Source of the DNA: Eledone cirrhosa
Taxonomy: Eukaryota
NCBI GenBank assembly: GCA_964016885.1
Contig: OZ024745.1
Span: 105,338,001 to 105,402,000 of the forward strand
Direction of reading: 5' to 3'
DNA: 64,000 nucleotides
Of the stretch, positions 44,150 through 58,669 are shown piece after piece (position 1 is the stretch's first letter; each line of letters starts with the position of its first letter). Under the pieces are notes generated by a model. The model saw nothing but the letters and a program-made list of their open reading frames with translations, was not told the origin of the DNA and did no database searches. The translations under genes were made by a program, and so were the position numbers.

Positions 44150-46110
44150 AGCAGCAGCTTCCCCCACCACAACCACAAGACCTCCAGCAGCAGTAGCAGT
44201 AGCAGCACCCCACCAGAACCATCCCACCTCCAGTAGCAGTAGCAACACCCCACCGCAACCACACCATCTCCAGCAGCAGTAACAGTAGCAGCTCCCACAC
44301 CACAACCACCCCCACCTCTAGCAGCAGTAGCATCACCCCCACCACAACCACCCCACCCCCAGCAGCAGTAGCAGTAGCATCACCCCCACCACAACCACCC
44401 CACCCCCAGCAGCAGTAGTAGTAGCAGCACCCCCACCACAACCAGCCCCACCTCTAGCAGCAGTAGCAGTAGCAGCACCCCCACCACAACCACCCCACCT
44501 CCAGCAGCAGTAGCATCACCCCCACCACAACCACACCACCCCCAGCAGCAGTAGCAGTAGCATCACCCCCACCACAACCACACCACCCCCAGCAGCAGTA
44601 GTAGTAGCAGCACCCCCACCACAACCACCCCACCTCCAGCAGCAGTAGTAGTAGCAGCACCCCCACCACAACCACCCCACCTCCAGCAGCAGTAGCAGTA
44701 GCATCACCCCCACCACAACCACCCCACCCCCAGCAGCAGTAGCAGTAGCATCACCCCCACCACAACCACCCCACCCCCAGCAGCAGTAGCAGTAGCATCA
44801 CCCCCACCACAACCACCCCACCCCAGCAGCAGTAGCAGTAGCATCACCCCCACCACAACCACCCCACCTCCAGCAGCAGTAGTAGTAGCAGCACCCCCAA
44901 CTCAACCACCCCCACCTCTAGCAGCAGTAGCAGTAGCAGCACTCCCACCACAACCACCCCACCTCCAGCAGCAGTAGCAGTAGCAGCACCCCCACCACAA
45001 CCACCCCACCTCCAGCAGTAGCAGCAGTAGCAGCACCCCCACCACAACCACCCCACCTCCAGCAGCAGTAGCAGTAGCAGCACCCCCACCTCAACCACCA
45101 CCACCTCCAGCAGCAGTAGCAGCACCCCCACCACAACCACCCCACCTCCAGCAGCAGTAGCAGTAGCAGCACCCCCACCTCAACCACCCCCACCTCCAGC
45201 AGCAGTAGCAGTAGCAGCACCCCCACCTCAACCACACCACCTCCAGCAGCAGTAGCAGTAGCAGCACCCCCACCTCAACCACCCCCACCTCCAGCAGCAG
45301 TAGCAGTAGCAGCACCCCCACCTCAACCACACCACCTCCAGCAGCAGTAGCAGTAGCAGCACCCCCACCTCAACCACACCACCTCCAGCAGTAGTAGCAG
45401 TAGCAGCACCCCCACCACAACCACACCACCTCCAGCAGCAGTAGCAGTAGCAGCACCCCCACCACAACCACCCCACCTCCAGCAGCAGTAGCAGTAGCAG
45501 CTCCCACACAACAACCACACCACCACCAGCAGCAGTAGCAGTAGCAGCACCCCCACCTCAACCACCACCAGCTCCAGCAGCAGTAGCAGCACCCCCACCT
45601 CATCCACACCACCTCCAGCAGCAGTAGCAGTAGCAGCACCCCCACCACAACCACACCACCTCCAGCAGCAGTAGCAGTAGCAGCACCCCCACCACAACCA
45701 CACCACCTCCAGCAGCAGTAGCAGTAGCAGCACCCCCACCACAACCACACCACCACCTCCAGCAGCTGTAGCAATAGCAGCAGCCCCACCACAACAACCC
45801 CACCTCCAACAGCAGTAGCAGTAGCAGCACCCCCACCACAACCACCCCACCTCCAGCAGCAGTAGCAGTACCAGCACCCCACCACAACCACCCCACCTCC
45901 AGCAGCAGTAGCAGTAGCAGCACCCCCACCACAACCACCGCATCTCCAGCAGCTGTAGCATCACCCCCACCTCAACCAACCCCACCTCCAGCAACAACAG
46001 CAGCAGTAGCAACAACCCACCACAACCACCCCACCACCAGCAGCAGTAGCAGTAGCAGCACCCCACCACAACCACCCCCACCTCCAGCAGCAGTAGCAGC
46101 AGTAGCAGCA
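44150..46110. repeat. About 45-bp minisatellite (CAGCAGCAGTAGCAGTAGCAGCACCCCCACCACAACCACCCCACCTC)
   Basis: Direct. Confidence 0.95.
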
Positions 46111-46259
46111 GTAAGGATCCACTCCATTAGAATCACTACAAACACCATTCAAACGCTACAAGCAATAATACTACAACGACGGCCCAACAGTTATTCTCCG
46201 CTTCCAGCAGAATCCAATAATATAACTACTAAGCAATACAATAACATCCAGCAGTAACA

Positions 46260-46443
46260 TAAATGACACCAGCACTACCACCATCACCACCATCACCACC
46301 AGCACTACCACCGCCTCTACCACCGCCTCTACCACCACCACTACCACCACCATCACCACTATCACCATCGTCACCATCGTCATCATCATCATCACCACCA
46401 CAACCAACACCACAACCAACACCACCACCGCCACCATCATCAT

Positions 46444-46475
<32 letters not shown>

Positions 46476-48060
46476 CTATCATCACTATCATCACCACCAC
46501 AACCAACACCACCACCGACACCGCCACCACCATCATCATTATCATCACCACCACCGTCTCTCCACCACCGTCATCATCATCGTCATCATCCTCACAACCA
46601 ACACGACCGCCTCCACCACCGCCAACACCACCACCGCCACCACCACCGCTGCCACCAGAGCCACCACTGCCACCTCAGCCGGCAGCAGCAGCAGCACCAC
46701 CACCATCATCATCATCAAAAGCACTACAGCCACCACTGCCACCACCATCACAACCACCATCACCACCACCACCACCACCACCACCATCATCATCATCACA
46801 AGCACTACAGCCACCACTGCCACCACCATCACAACCACCATCACCACCACCACCACCACCACCACCATCATCATCATCACAAGCACTACAGCCACCACTG
46901 CCACCACCATCACAACCACCATCACCACCAAAACCATCACCACCACCACCATCACCACCACCACCATCATCATCATCACAAGCACTACAGCCACCACTGC
47001 CACCACCATCACAACCACCATCACCACCAAAACCATCACCACCACCACCATCACCACCACCACCACCATGGGCTACAATTAAAGGCGGGAAGGAAGAATA
47101 GTGGAAAAAATATAACTAAACAGTAACAAATATTTCAACAGCAAAAAACATCATAAGAATGTACAACAACAACAGTAGCAATGACAACAACAACAACAGC
47201 AGCAACAACGACAACAACAACAGCAGCAATGACAACAACAACAACAACAATAACAGCAACAACAGTGATAACAACAACAACAGCAGCAACAGCGACAACA
47301 ACAACAACAACAGTAGCAATAATGACAACAACAACAATAATAGCAACAACAGTGATAACAACAACAACAACAACAGCAACAACGACGACAACAACAACAA
47401 CAACAGCAGCAACGACGATAACAACAACAACAACAGCAACAACGACAACACCACCAACAACAGCAGCAACAACGACAACAACAACAACAGCAATGACAAC
47501 AACAACAATACTAGCAACAACAGTGATAACAACAACAACAACAACAACAACAGCAACAGCGACAACAACAACAGCAGCAACAACGACAACAACAACAGCA
47601 ACAACAACAACAGCAGCAACAACGACAACAACAACAGCAACAACAACAACAACAGCAACAACGACAACAAGGACAGGAACAACAACAACAACAATAGCAG
47701 CAACAGCAACAATGACAACAACAAGAGCAACACCAGTAACGATGATAACCACCACCACAACCACCACCACCACAACAACAACAACAACAACAACAACAAC
47801 AGCAGCAGCAATGACAAAAAACAATAACAACAACAGCAAAAACAACAACAATGTCAACAACAACAGCAACAATGACAACAACAGTAACAACAACAGCAAC
47901 AACAGAAGTAATGACAACAACAATAACAACAGCAGCAGTAATGACAACTACGGCAACAATGACAACAACAGCAATGACAACCACAACAACAACAACAACA
48001 AAATCAACTACAATCAGCAGCCATGACACCAACGAAGACGTTAACAACAACGAGAGCAAT
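46260..48060. repeat. CAC/CAT then AAC/AGC trinucleotide arrays with higher-order units
   Basis: Direct. Confidence 0.95.
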
Positions 48061-48499
48061 AATAACGTGAAGAGTTAGCAACAGTTACAATAAATGTAAA
48101 AAAAAAAAAAAATGGCCTTGATGAATTCAACGAAACAGCAGGAGTAATTGACCTGATAAAAGCTTCGTTAATTCTGCACTGCTTTCTAAGATCAATGAAA
48201 GTAGCTGTTTTAATTTGGCTTCTCCAAGATTTTTCAGTTTCTGATTGTGATGCTGGTGATGGTTGTGAGAATGGCTGTGATAGTTGTGATGATTATGATG
48301 GTGTGGCAGCATATAATTGTGGATAATTGTATTGGTATTGGTTATGATGCTGAAAATGTCAACCAAAATGTTTATGTGAAACATGCATGAACGCATAAAG
48401 AAAAAAAAAAAATGAATGAATAATTGAATAAATAAACAAATAAGTAAATATAGTTAATGGTAATTTTTCTGTTATATATCGTTTGTTTAAAAAACGTGC

Positions 48500-48740
48500 A
48501 CGATTATCCATATATGCAATGGATTGGAGTCATCATGTTTTCCTGGGGAGAAATATATCAAAGAATTTGTCGGAACTAGGGTTGAGTCGATACTCAGAGG
48601 CCTTGAACTGGCAGCAAAAGAAAAGAAACGCCAATCTAGAGTATTGTCAGAGGTTGCTGAAAAACTGTCATTACATCTGGCTCAAAGTTAATATGGATGA
48701 TGCTCCTAGCACATTGAGATGGATGGAGCAATGAGACTCA
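48500..48740 (+). pseudogene. Possible HERO/R2-group LINE C-terminal remnant
   Basis: LSELGL..VLSEVAEK..IWLK across a frameshift. Confidence 0.35.
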
Positions 48741-49610
48741 TAGAATTTCATGCAATTTTGATGCGGTGTGGTGGACGGAATCACAATATCAGATTCATCT
48801 AAGATTACGCGGTTGTATACGATCTTTGTCGCCTACAGAGTTACTTCCCTGCTTGGTGAGTTATTGATTCCCGTATTCAGAGACTGAGAACAGTAGTATT
48901 CTCAGCATTTTAGTGTTTTACCATGCATTTGTCTAAGGGGATAGTCCCATGACTGGAAGAATAAGGACTCCTGGTTGAGGAGAATGAGGTCTTATGACTG
49001 GAGGGAAAAGCTCTCTTGGCTGGTGGGAAAGAAAACTCGCGTTTATATGGCAGCGATAAGATGTATGCAATCGTGAGATCATTGTCATGGCGGCAGTCCC
49101 GACAAAATAAAATGGAACAGATATATTTAATAATGTTGTCACGTCGTTATATTATGTTTGAAAAAACAAGACGGGATGGTCATGCCTAGAATGCCCTTTG
49201 TCATACATCTGCTCAATAAGAAATGAGACTATACAACATCAACAACAAAAACAACGATGACGTGAGAGAGAACAGTAACAACAAATCGGCTGATATAAAT
49301 GGAAATAAATATCGTTTGCTTAACGAGCAAAAATGCCAACCATTGTTACACAAAGAGCAAGTAGTTTCTTCCTCTAAAATTGTGCACTGAAATATTTTGG
49401 CTGTAAAATCAAGCTAAAAATCATATACGTTTCCTCTTCAATTCAGTTACTTAGATTATTCAGAGTTCTGATTTTACTGATGTCTAAAATATTGATTGGG
49501 TGTATTATCCAATAGAATACGTTATAATGAATATCTTGTACATTAATGGCTATAGTTTACGTTTTATGTATGTAATCAATATTAAGCGATTTATGTATAT
49601 AGAAATAACA

Positions 49611-49663
<53 letters not shown>

Positions 49664-49691
49664 CAATCATATATGTATGTATATATATACA

Positions 49692-49753
<62 letters not shown>

Positions 49754-49787
49754 CAATCATATATGTATGTATATATATACAGTATAT

Positions 49788-49865
<78 letters not shown>

Positions 49866-49960
49866 TGTATATATATACATACATATATGATTGACGCTAT
49901 AGTCACTTGTATATTATGAAATGCTGTTCGCTTTTCGCTGTAGTGTTTTCTATACCTTTC

Positions 49961-50015
<55 letters not shown>

Positions 50016-50107
50016 TACACGTGTTTCGTGTATAACCCAACATAAAGGAATACATTCAAACATTAACTGAAAAAGCACTCAACATATTTAGGCAGAGTAT
50101 AACATTT

Positions 50108-50210
<103 letters not shown>

Positions 50211-50474
50211 CACACACACACACACACTACCCCACACAAAGTGAACGTTGAGATATTCGTATTGAGAAAGAATGCTCAATACAATGCTAGTATAAGATGT
50301 AATAAACGCTAGCGACAACCAGCTTCCCGTTTTGATACGGCAAACGGATCTGATGTCTTTATAACATGACAAATGATGAACAGAACAACTTTCCGCTCGT
50401 GAAGTTCTAGCGTCGTTTGGCGTATATATATATATATGAAAAAATGGCGTGCTGCGTAGTTGCAAATGGGTTAC

Positions 50475-51074
50475 ATATGAATAAAATTAGTCCTTCATCA
50501 GTGATCTTCCAGCCTTCATTGGTATTTCATCGCTTTAAAGACCATATACCTCTGGTTGGTGCGGGCAACGGCTAAAGAAAGTCGTGGGACACGTAAATAA
50601 GGGGAAACGAGCGAGACAGTAAACAAACAAAGATGGTAATGCAACTGCTTCCCCTTTCTCTGTATCTCTCATTTTCCTTTTACCCCCTCTGCCAGTCACT
50701 CTCTCTGTTAGCCTCTTCCTCACACTTTCACTCACTCACTCTCTGCTACTCCCTCTCCATCACTTCCTCCCGTTCGACCTGTACGAAATTCTTTTTCTCG
50801 CTCACATTTCAACCAGGTTGGATGGTCTTTATCTCTCGTCTACGATTTCACAGAACATATGTTCACCGATTTCAGGGACTTGACTCCTTTTTCCTCACTT
50901 TTCGTTGCATTACCATCTTTGTTTGTTTACTGTCTCACTCGTTTCCCCTATTTACGTGTCCCAACGACTTTCTTTAGCCGTTGCTCGCATCAACCAGAGG
51001 TATATGATCTTTAAAGCGATGAAATACCAATGAAGGCTGGAAGATCACTGATGAAGGACTAATTTTATTCATAT
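50475..51074. mobile_element. Fold-back element, 170-bp arms, ending in HHR 5' half
   Basis: 50475-50645 is the reverse complement of 50904-51074; CTGATGA AGGAC at 51048. Confidence 0.8.
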
Positions 51075-51190
51075 ATATATATATATATATAAAGAAAAAA
51101 TGATGAAATCGAAAATGCAACTGGAGCCTTATTTTAAAAAAAATATGTATATTTATTTGGTTCCATTACCTGTTTCGCAGAAGACCGAAA

Positions 51191-54100
51191 ATGCCACCAA
51201 AGTCTCAACAAAACAACAACTCACTGAACCAGGACATCTTAAATGAACTCAAAGAGATTTCCTCTAAACTTTCAATTTTGACCAACAAAGTGGACCAAAT
51301 ACACATCTATAAAAAAGGACCCCACGAAGAAACAGAAAATACCCAAGAGACGAATATTACTCCAGCATTAACTAAACTATCGAAACCATTAAAACAGCAA
51401 TGCTCCAAAAGCTGGAACAAACATTAGAACCCAATCTACGAGATGTCTACTCAGTGAAAAACACCCTAATCAATATATGGACTCAAAAAATCACAGCCCG
51501 CAAATTCGCCTTTTGGAATCTCCTAAAAAATAATGGCAAGGCAGACATATATGAAAAGTGGCTAAACTCTACATCAATCATCCTCCCCAAAATACTCCAA
51601 ATAAAACCCATCCCGAATGAACCAGAAAACCAACCAAGACTTAGGGAAAAGATAGCGTTAGAAAAATTTAAAATAGAAATAGAACTGTTGCGATTAAGAG
51701 CCAACTCCAACGAAGAAAAATTCAAGTCACTCGACCAACAGATGGAAACAGAAATCTCAAGGCACTCTGAAGGCCTACTCTATGAAAAAACCTTAAAAGT
51801 TTGGAAAAAAAATTGTGAGGATGAAAACTAACATCCCTGCAGCGATGGGAAAAAAACGCCACCTGGTTCAACAACTACGAAATGGATTTTAAAAATGAAC
51901 AACATACAGGTAACCCATTTTTAAAACAAACTAACACTCACACACCACATGCACAACAAATAACGAAAAAAGTAACAAAACGCCCAACATAACCCCAGCA
52001 AAACTATGACAATAATCCCAGAACCCATAGACAAAACTATAACCCTACTAACAAAAATCGAAGATCCCCCAACGCAAGACAGGACCCGATCCGCAGATCA
52101 CAACCCACACAGAACCTGTTCCAAAATCGTAGATCCCAACCCACACAAAGGAACAAAATCTACAACACGGACTATCAACAAACCGAACCTCAATACGTCC
52201 GAAACTTCTATACAAACCACACAACAACAGGGGAAATGCCATTAGGTATAATAATACCATTGAAAAAACATTCCAGAAAAATCATTTTTTAGACCAAGGC
52301 TACACCCAGTGGCACAAACCGATTTTGAAAAACCGAAAATAATCAACCTTTCAAATACAAACCTCTCAGCCCAACAAGTTAAAATTCTCTCCAAAGGACT
52401 GAAATTTACACCAACACCACAATACTCTAACCTCAATGAGATAAATGACGATATCTCACACTTCTGTAGAAAATTACGTCTCACAGAGAAATTCTTTGAC
52501 AAGGAGAATAACGACCAATTAATTGTACGGAATAAAAGCAGCTACAACCCAACAAGAGGTAGAAACAGAGTTCTGGACAAATTTTGTGACCACATAGCTA
52601 CTTTCCCATACCATGAACTACCGCAACCTAAACCCAAACCCAAGTCGAAGGGAATGGGAGATTATCCATGAACTAAAAAACAATACGGACATTATAATTA
52701 AGGAAGCGGACAAGGGAAGTACTGTTGTCATTATGGATGCTGAAAAATATAAAAATTCTATGTTCTCTCTCTTAGAAAATACTAATTACTATGAAAGAGT
52801 AAAAAACTACCAGCAATCAAAAACAATGACCAGATTAAACACACTGATTTGTCGATACCAAGAAGACTTAACTAAAAAGGAACGCGATTATTTGACACAT
52901 TTTGAATACAAAACCAGCAACCATTACGGACTTCCGAAGATCCACAAGTGTAAAATAATTAACGATGCCTGTAAACAATCCACCTCAGCCTGCGTGAACA
53001 CACAATACCCCACAGACCTTAAATTAAGACCAATTGTAGCGGGCCCACAATGTGAAACACACAGACTGAGCAACTTTAGAGACATACTACTAAAACCAAT
53101 TCTCAAACACATACCAAGCCTTGTAAGAGACGATCTGGACCTCTTAAACCACCTCCCCAAACATGTCAACAACGACACTATTATTGTGTCTTTCGATGTA
53201 GTGAATCTCTACACAACGATCCCACACCAATACGGACTAGAAGCAATAGGATTCTGGCTAGAGAAATATCCCAATGAGATACCTGGCAGAATAGAAAAAA
53301 GCTTCATCACCGAGGGATTAAAATTTATCTTACAGAACAACTTTTTTGATTTCGATGGCAGTACTTAGAAGCAAATATCGGGGACTGCGATGGGTACAAA
53401 AGCCGCTCCAACTTATGCCAACTTAGTCATGGCATACTTAGAAGTCCAGATATATGAACAGTCCAAATCAAAATACGGATTGAACTTCCACAAATATTTA
53501 TCAAAGAATTGGAAACGCTACTTCGATGATTGTCTCATTCTTTGGTCCCACACACTAGACTAACTGAATAATTTCAAAAATTTAATTAACGGCATCAAAA
53601 ACCACATCCAATTCACAATGGAATACAGCCAAGATCAACTCCCATTTCTGGACATCTTAATCTTAAAAAAATGACACAAATATTGAAACTGAAATACACT
53701 ACAAACCAACAGATTCCAAACAATACCTGCTATTCACCTCCAACCATCCAAAGCACACGAAGACGAACATTCCTTTTAACCTAGCAAGAAGAATTTGCAC
53801 AATTGTCTCCAATTATGAAACGCGAAATAAAAGACTTCAAGAATTAAAGGAAATTATACTCGAAAGACCATTACTAATAAATAATCGTTTCTACTTTTGG
53901 CACAAGGCCAGCAATTACCCAGTACATTACTGGAACTTTATTTTATCGACCCTATAAGGATGAAAGGTAAAGTTAACCTCGGCGGGATTTGAACTCGTAA
54001 TGGAATAGAAAGGGCTAAAGCAACAGGGATTGAGGAATTACGATAACAGAAACAAATTCAAGGTACGTCCAATATTCTATCATATATCTCAACACACAAC

Positions 54101-54660
54101 CCAAGAAATGCGGAAGCTTACAACACTGTTCACAAGAACATCCCACTATTGAAACAAGACCCATGAATGAAAAAAGCTCTTGAAACACACAAAATAATCA
54201 AAAGCAAAAGACAACCGAAATCACTGAAAACATTACTCACCAATGCCAAATTACCTACCACAAACCCACAACCAACTGTCAAAAAATGTGGTCGCTCTAA
54301 TTGTGGAACCTGCACTCACCTCATTGAAGGCAACACGTATACATTTCAATCAGGACAAAATTTTGCTGTAAAAAATCACTTCACTTGCACATCAAAAAAT
54401 CTAATTTATGCCATTAAATGTAAAGGATGCAATGAAGATGATATAGGATAAACTAAACTCACACTCAGAAACAGAATGACAGTTCATCGCCAACAATTAC
54501 GAGATCCAGCCACGAGACAGATACCACTAAGCGCGCATCTAGACATATGAGCAACTAATAAGACACCCAAATTCCAAGTCTTCCCATTTTACCTTTGCGC
54601 TGACAATACAACAGAACAGATACGAATAAATAAGGAAAATATGTTCATTCAAAATATTTC
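51191..54660 (+). pseudogene. Neptune-type PLE polyprotein with stops, frameshifts and a SINE insertion
   Basis: LSKGLKFTP, KEADKG, GLPKIHK, LRPIVAG, SFDVVNLYTTIP, GTAMG, RYFDD, CGRSNCGTC, NLIYAIKCKGC..IG. Confidence 0.92.
53880..53997 (-). mobile_element. 5'-truncated SINE family A inside PLE ORF
   Basis: Family match. Confidence 0.85.
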
Positions 54661-55546
54661 TACTAACGGAATCATTTTCCTACACACACACACACACATA
54701 CACACACACGCATACACACACAAAATATATATTCTCTTCATCTTAACATGATAACCATACCCCCACACACACATAACACCCATACACACACACATAACCC
54801 CCCCCCACACACACAACTCCCTCCCCCATTTCTACTAATAGAATCACTTTACTACAAACATACACACACACAAAATATATATATTCTCTCCATCTTAACA
54901 TACTCCCACACACACACACACACACACACACACATAACACCCATACACACACACACAACTCCATCCCCCATTTCTACTAATAGAATCATCTCCCCCCCCC
55001 CCACACAGAAGCACACAAATAAAGATATATATCTCTAATTTCTTTATTTCAATAGAAAGTCTGAATTCTGACACCCCAGCGAACCAGCCATATTCACTGA
55101 ACCAGAACAATTCTCCCATCCCATCTCTCTTGACCATTATCCTTTGTTTGTCATAAAATTCTCTAAAAGGCTATAAAATAAATTCCCAAATACGGGCGCG
55201 AAATTTAATGAACGTGTTCAAGTGAAAATCATAATTTCATTTATAACCAATCAAATTACATTTATTAAAAAAAGCCTTCGTGAGCCCCTTTTTTTTAAAG
55301 TAAAAAGAAATTCAAACAAAATGACGCGAAAGCTGATGTGCTTATTCACGTGACTGCATCAACCAACCTTGTTTGAAGAACTTTGTAACGCGAACTGGCG
55401 CGAAATTTATTATACTTATTGACCAACCGATCAAATTACTTCTCTAAAAACCTGGCGTTTCGAGCCACTTTTTTCTATATAAAACAAGTAACATTCTAAG
55501 ACCAACCAGATGTGAGAAAAACCACAGACCCTCCATTTCAACTCTA

Positions 55547-55583
55547 CTTTTGAAAAGCAGAAGAACTGCGAAATCGGTAAAGG
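55547..55583 (+). ncRNA. Minimal hammerhead, U3-A8 variant
   Basis: CTT TTGAAAA GCAG-AAGAA-CTGC GAAA TCGG TA AAGG. Confidence 0.75.
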
Positions 55584-55713
55584 AACCAAATAAATATATA
55601 TATATTTTTAAAAATAAGACTCCAGTTGCATTTTCGATTTCATCTTTTTTTCTTTATACTTTCACTCGTGTAGAACACCTTGGTTATTTTTCATTTTGTA
55701 AAAAAACCCTCAC

Positions 55714-55791
<78 letters not shown>

Positions 55792-55795
55792 ATAT

Positions 55796-56434
55796 ATGTA
55801 ATCTGAGTTTTTCGAATATTAATAATAATATTCGATTCGTTTGTAATTATGCAAACAAGTCTCACTTTTAAAGCCATGTCACTAGAATGAGCCCCTCATT
55901 CTTGCTCTTGTGTTGGCATGTAAACAGAACTGCAGACACTAATGTTTCTGAGTATTACCCTTCATCAGTACAGTTCACTGTTTACTTGCCAACTGTCAGA
56001 GCTAGTGAAAATATATTATATTTTCTAAAACATACAGTGACTGATCGGCCTGATTTGCATATTAGCAGACTGATTGATCAGTCAGATCTGCATATTAGCA
56101 GATCCAATGATCAGCCAGATTTGCATATCAGCAGGCAAGCCAGTCAGTTTCCTGTATATGAGCGATCAATGGCCGGCTTTGCCATATTCAAATTTAAAAA
56201 AAATCTTCGCTCTACATGACTGAATATAATCTGAGTTTTTCGAATATTAATAATAATATTCGATTCGTTTGCAATTATGCAAACACGCCTCATTTTTAAA
56301 GCCATGTCAGTAGAATGAGCTCATCGTTCTTGCTCTTGAGTTGGCATGTAAACAGAACTGCAGACACTAATGTTTCTGGGTACTACCCTTGATCAGTACA
56401 GTTCACTGTTCACCGGCCAACTGTCACCCTTCTG

Positions 56435-56437
<3 letters not shown>
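55796..56437 (-). mobile_element. Retrozyme-like non-coding partial tandem, 428-bp period, two HHRs (55928-55975, 56356-56403)
   Basis: About 200-bp direct repeat; AACTGTA CTGATGA A-GGGT-AAT-ACTC-A GAAA CATTAGTG TC TGCAGTT; second core CTGATCA. Confidence 0.85.
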
Positions 56438-56522
<85 letters not shown>

Positions 56523-57782
56523 AGTATATTCCTGATAAACTATATAACTCTTTATTATTCTTTTACTGGTTTCAGTCAGTAAACTATGGCAATTCCGGGA
56601 CACCGTCTTGATTTAATCGAGGATAACAACGCCAGTACTATACTCTTGATAGTATATGATCGGATTTTTGATTTGGGGGTTATTTGGTTAGGAGAGAAAC
56701 ACTGTCTTCTTCTATTATAAAAATTGTCTGCCGTACGACCTCAGGTCGATGCAATGGTTTCTAGCAAACCGAGAAGACATACAACCACTAAACGTGTAAT
56801 TCTCGAAAAGAAAAGGAAACAAAAACAGCACTAAAAAAAAAGATTGAACTACTTTAAAAGGTTAGTTAAACAACAGCTAAACCAAGTGAGCGATTTTGTA
56901 AAAGAAAAGAGTGAACATATCTAAAGTTCAACTTGCTTCTTTTCATGTAGCAGAAAACATAGTAAAGCAAATGAGATCGCCTACTATAGGTAGGCCATTA
57001 TTTTTGTCAGCATGTCGTTTGATTGTTAGAACAATGATTCGTAATGAAGTTGAAGAAGAAATTGCTAAAATGTCACGCTCAATAATATAGTTTGAAGAAG
57101 AATAATTCCAATGACTTCTAACATTAAGTAACATATTTCTTTGGAAGTAGACAAATCAAATTGTTTCTTTATAATTTGATAAATGATACAATATTAACAT
57201 CAAAATATAACTCGTTTTGTTTCTTTCAAGGATCTAAAATTAGAAACCAACCTTTATGTTGGAGGGAGATTTAGGCAACAACATATTCGATATTCTGGAT
57301 GTATTATCAACTTCATAGGTATCATATATATTATTCTATGTATGGCAGACTGCAATCTAAGGTTCAGTTTTAATTGGAAAGTAACAGAATCTGAAAATTA
57401 TATCTACGTAGGTATGTCTATAGACATCGCCTCTTACATAAAAATCAGTCCAGGGTATATTTTATAGCCAGTTGTCTTGTATTAAAACCTCGCAAACAGC
57501 TTTGTAAAGCCATGTATTCTCATGACCACATAATATCTTACACAGTATTATGGATGAATTGAAAGTATCCGTTTGTGTTCAAGCGTTGAAAAATGAAACG
57601 AAAGAATCTTTATATCATGTATCAATCCGCAAAAGAATTTCTCTTTATATAACAGAAGATTAAATTACAGAAATATTCGAATCACTATAAAATGTGCGAA
57701 CACCAATAAATACGAGCAAAATAGTAACATTCTTGCTGAACCAGTTATTATGCATTTGGTTAAATATGATCAAATTGATATG

Positions 57783-57846
<64 letters not shown>

Positions 57847-58003
57847 GTAAAAGGACGAATTGTTATGCCTTCATTACCTTTATTGAGTAGTGACGCGCGT
57901 TTTGCTATTGATCAGCTCAAGGTTCGATCTGTATCGATCTGACCCGACTCTGGAATAAAAAGTTCGTCTCTTGGGTGAACCTACAGTAACTGCACGTTAC
58001 ACT

Positions 58004-58033
<30 letters not shown>

Positions 58034-58038
<5 letters not shown>

Positions 58039-58669
58039 TATGTATACGTACATACATATATGTATACAGACGTACAGTAGTATGTATATATATATACATA
58101 CATGCACACATATGTATATGTACGTATGGATTCACCGAACATTTATTATAATGCTCGGTGTGTTTGTAAACAAACATCCCGAATTAAGCCGTACAGTGTC
58201 TAGCAACCTTCGTTGCTCATTTGTTCAACACCGACAGAGGAACGCTGTACTAGTTTCAAGCTTATTAGCTATCGTCAGCAACGTATACCTTCCTGCCAGA
58301 TGATTGAACGTCTGAAAGTATATACTTTCCTTATGCATATTAACAGCTGAGCAGGTATACGTTGCTGACGATAGCTAATAAGCTTGAAACTAGTACAGCG
58401 TTCCTTTGTCAGTGTTGAACAAATGAGCAACGATGGTTGCTAGACACTATACGGCTTAATTCGGGATGTTTGTTTACAAACACACCGAGCATTATAATAA
58501 ATGTTCGGTGAATCCATACGTACATATATATATATGTGTGCATGTATGTATATATATATACACATACTGCTGTACGTCTGTATACATATATGTATGTACG
58601 TATACATACTTATATTTAAGTAACAGCCGTACTAAGAGTGAGAAATGAAATTTCGTTTCATTTTTTCCG
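58034..58669. mobile_element. Fold-back element with intact HHR in both arms (58242-58284 minus, 58359-58401 plus)
   Basis: About 255-bp arms; ACGTTG CTGACGA T-AGCT-AATA-AGCT-T GAAA CTAG TA CAGCGT. Confidence 0.9.

Larger units (their letters stand above)
51091..55719 (+). mobile_element. Decayed full-length Neptune-type PLE with inverted 5' pLTR
   Basis: 51091-51180 is inverted copy of 55566-55655; (TA)n flanks; RT and GIY-YIG remnants. Confidence 0.9.

Noticed and set aside
44045-48078. His-, Pro-, Thr-, Asn-rich ORFs as structural proteins
   Set aside because: Open in several frames on both strands; simple repeats without splice or domain context
48127-48245. Possible host exon on minus strand
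   Set aside because: Weak splice sites, no recognisable domain
54160-54555. In-frame TGA codons as selenocysteine, as in Naiad PLEs
   Set aside because: Same ORF has TAG/TAA stops, frameshifts and a SINE insertion; no SECIS seen; decay is sufficient
57885-57925. Possible HHR on minus strand (AAAACGCGCGTC)
   Set aside because: Core and stem I missing
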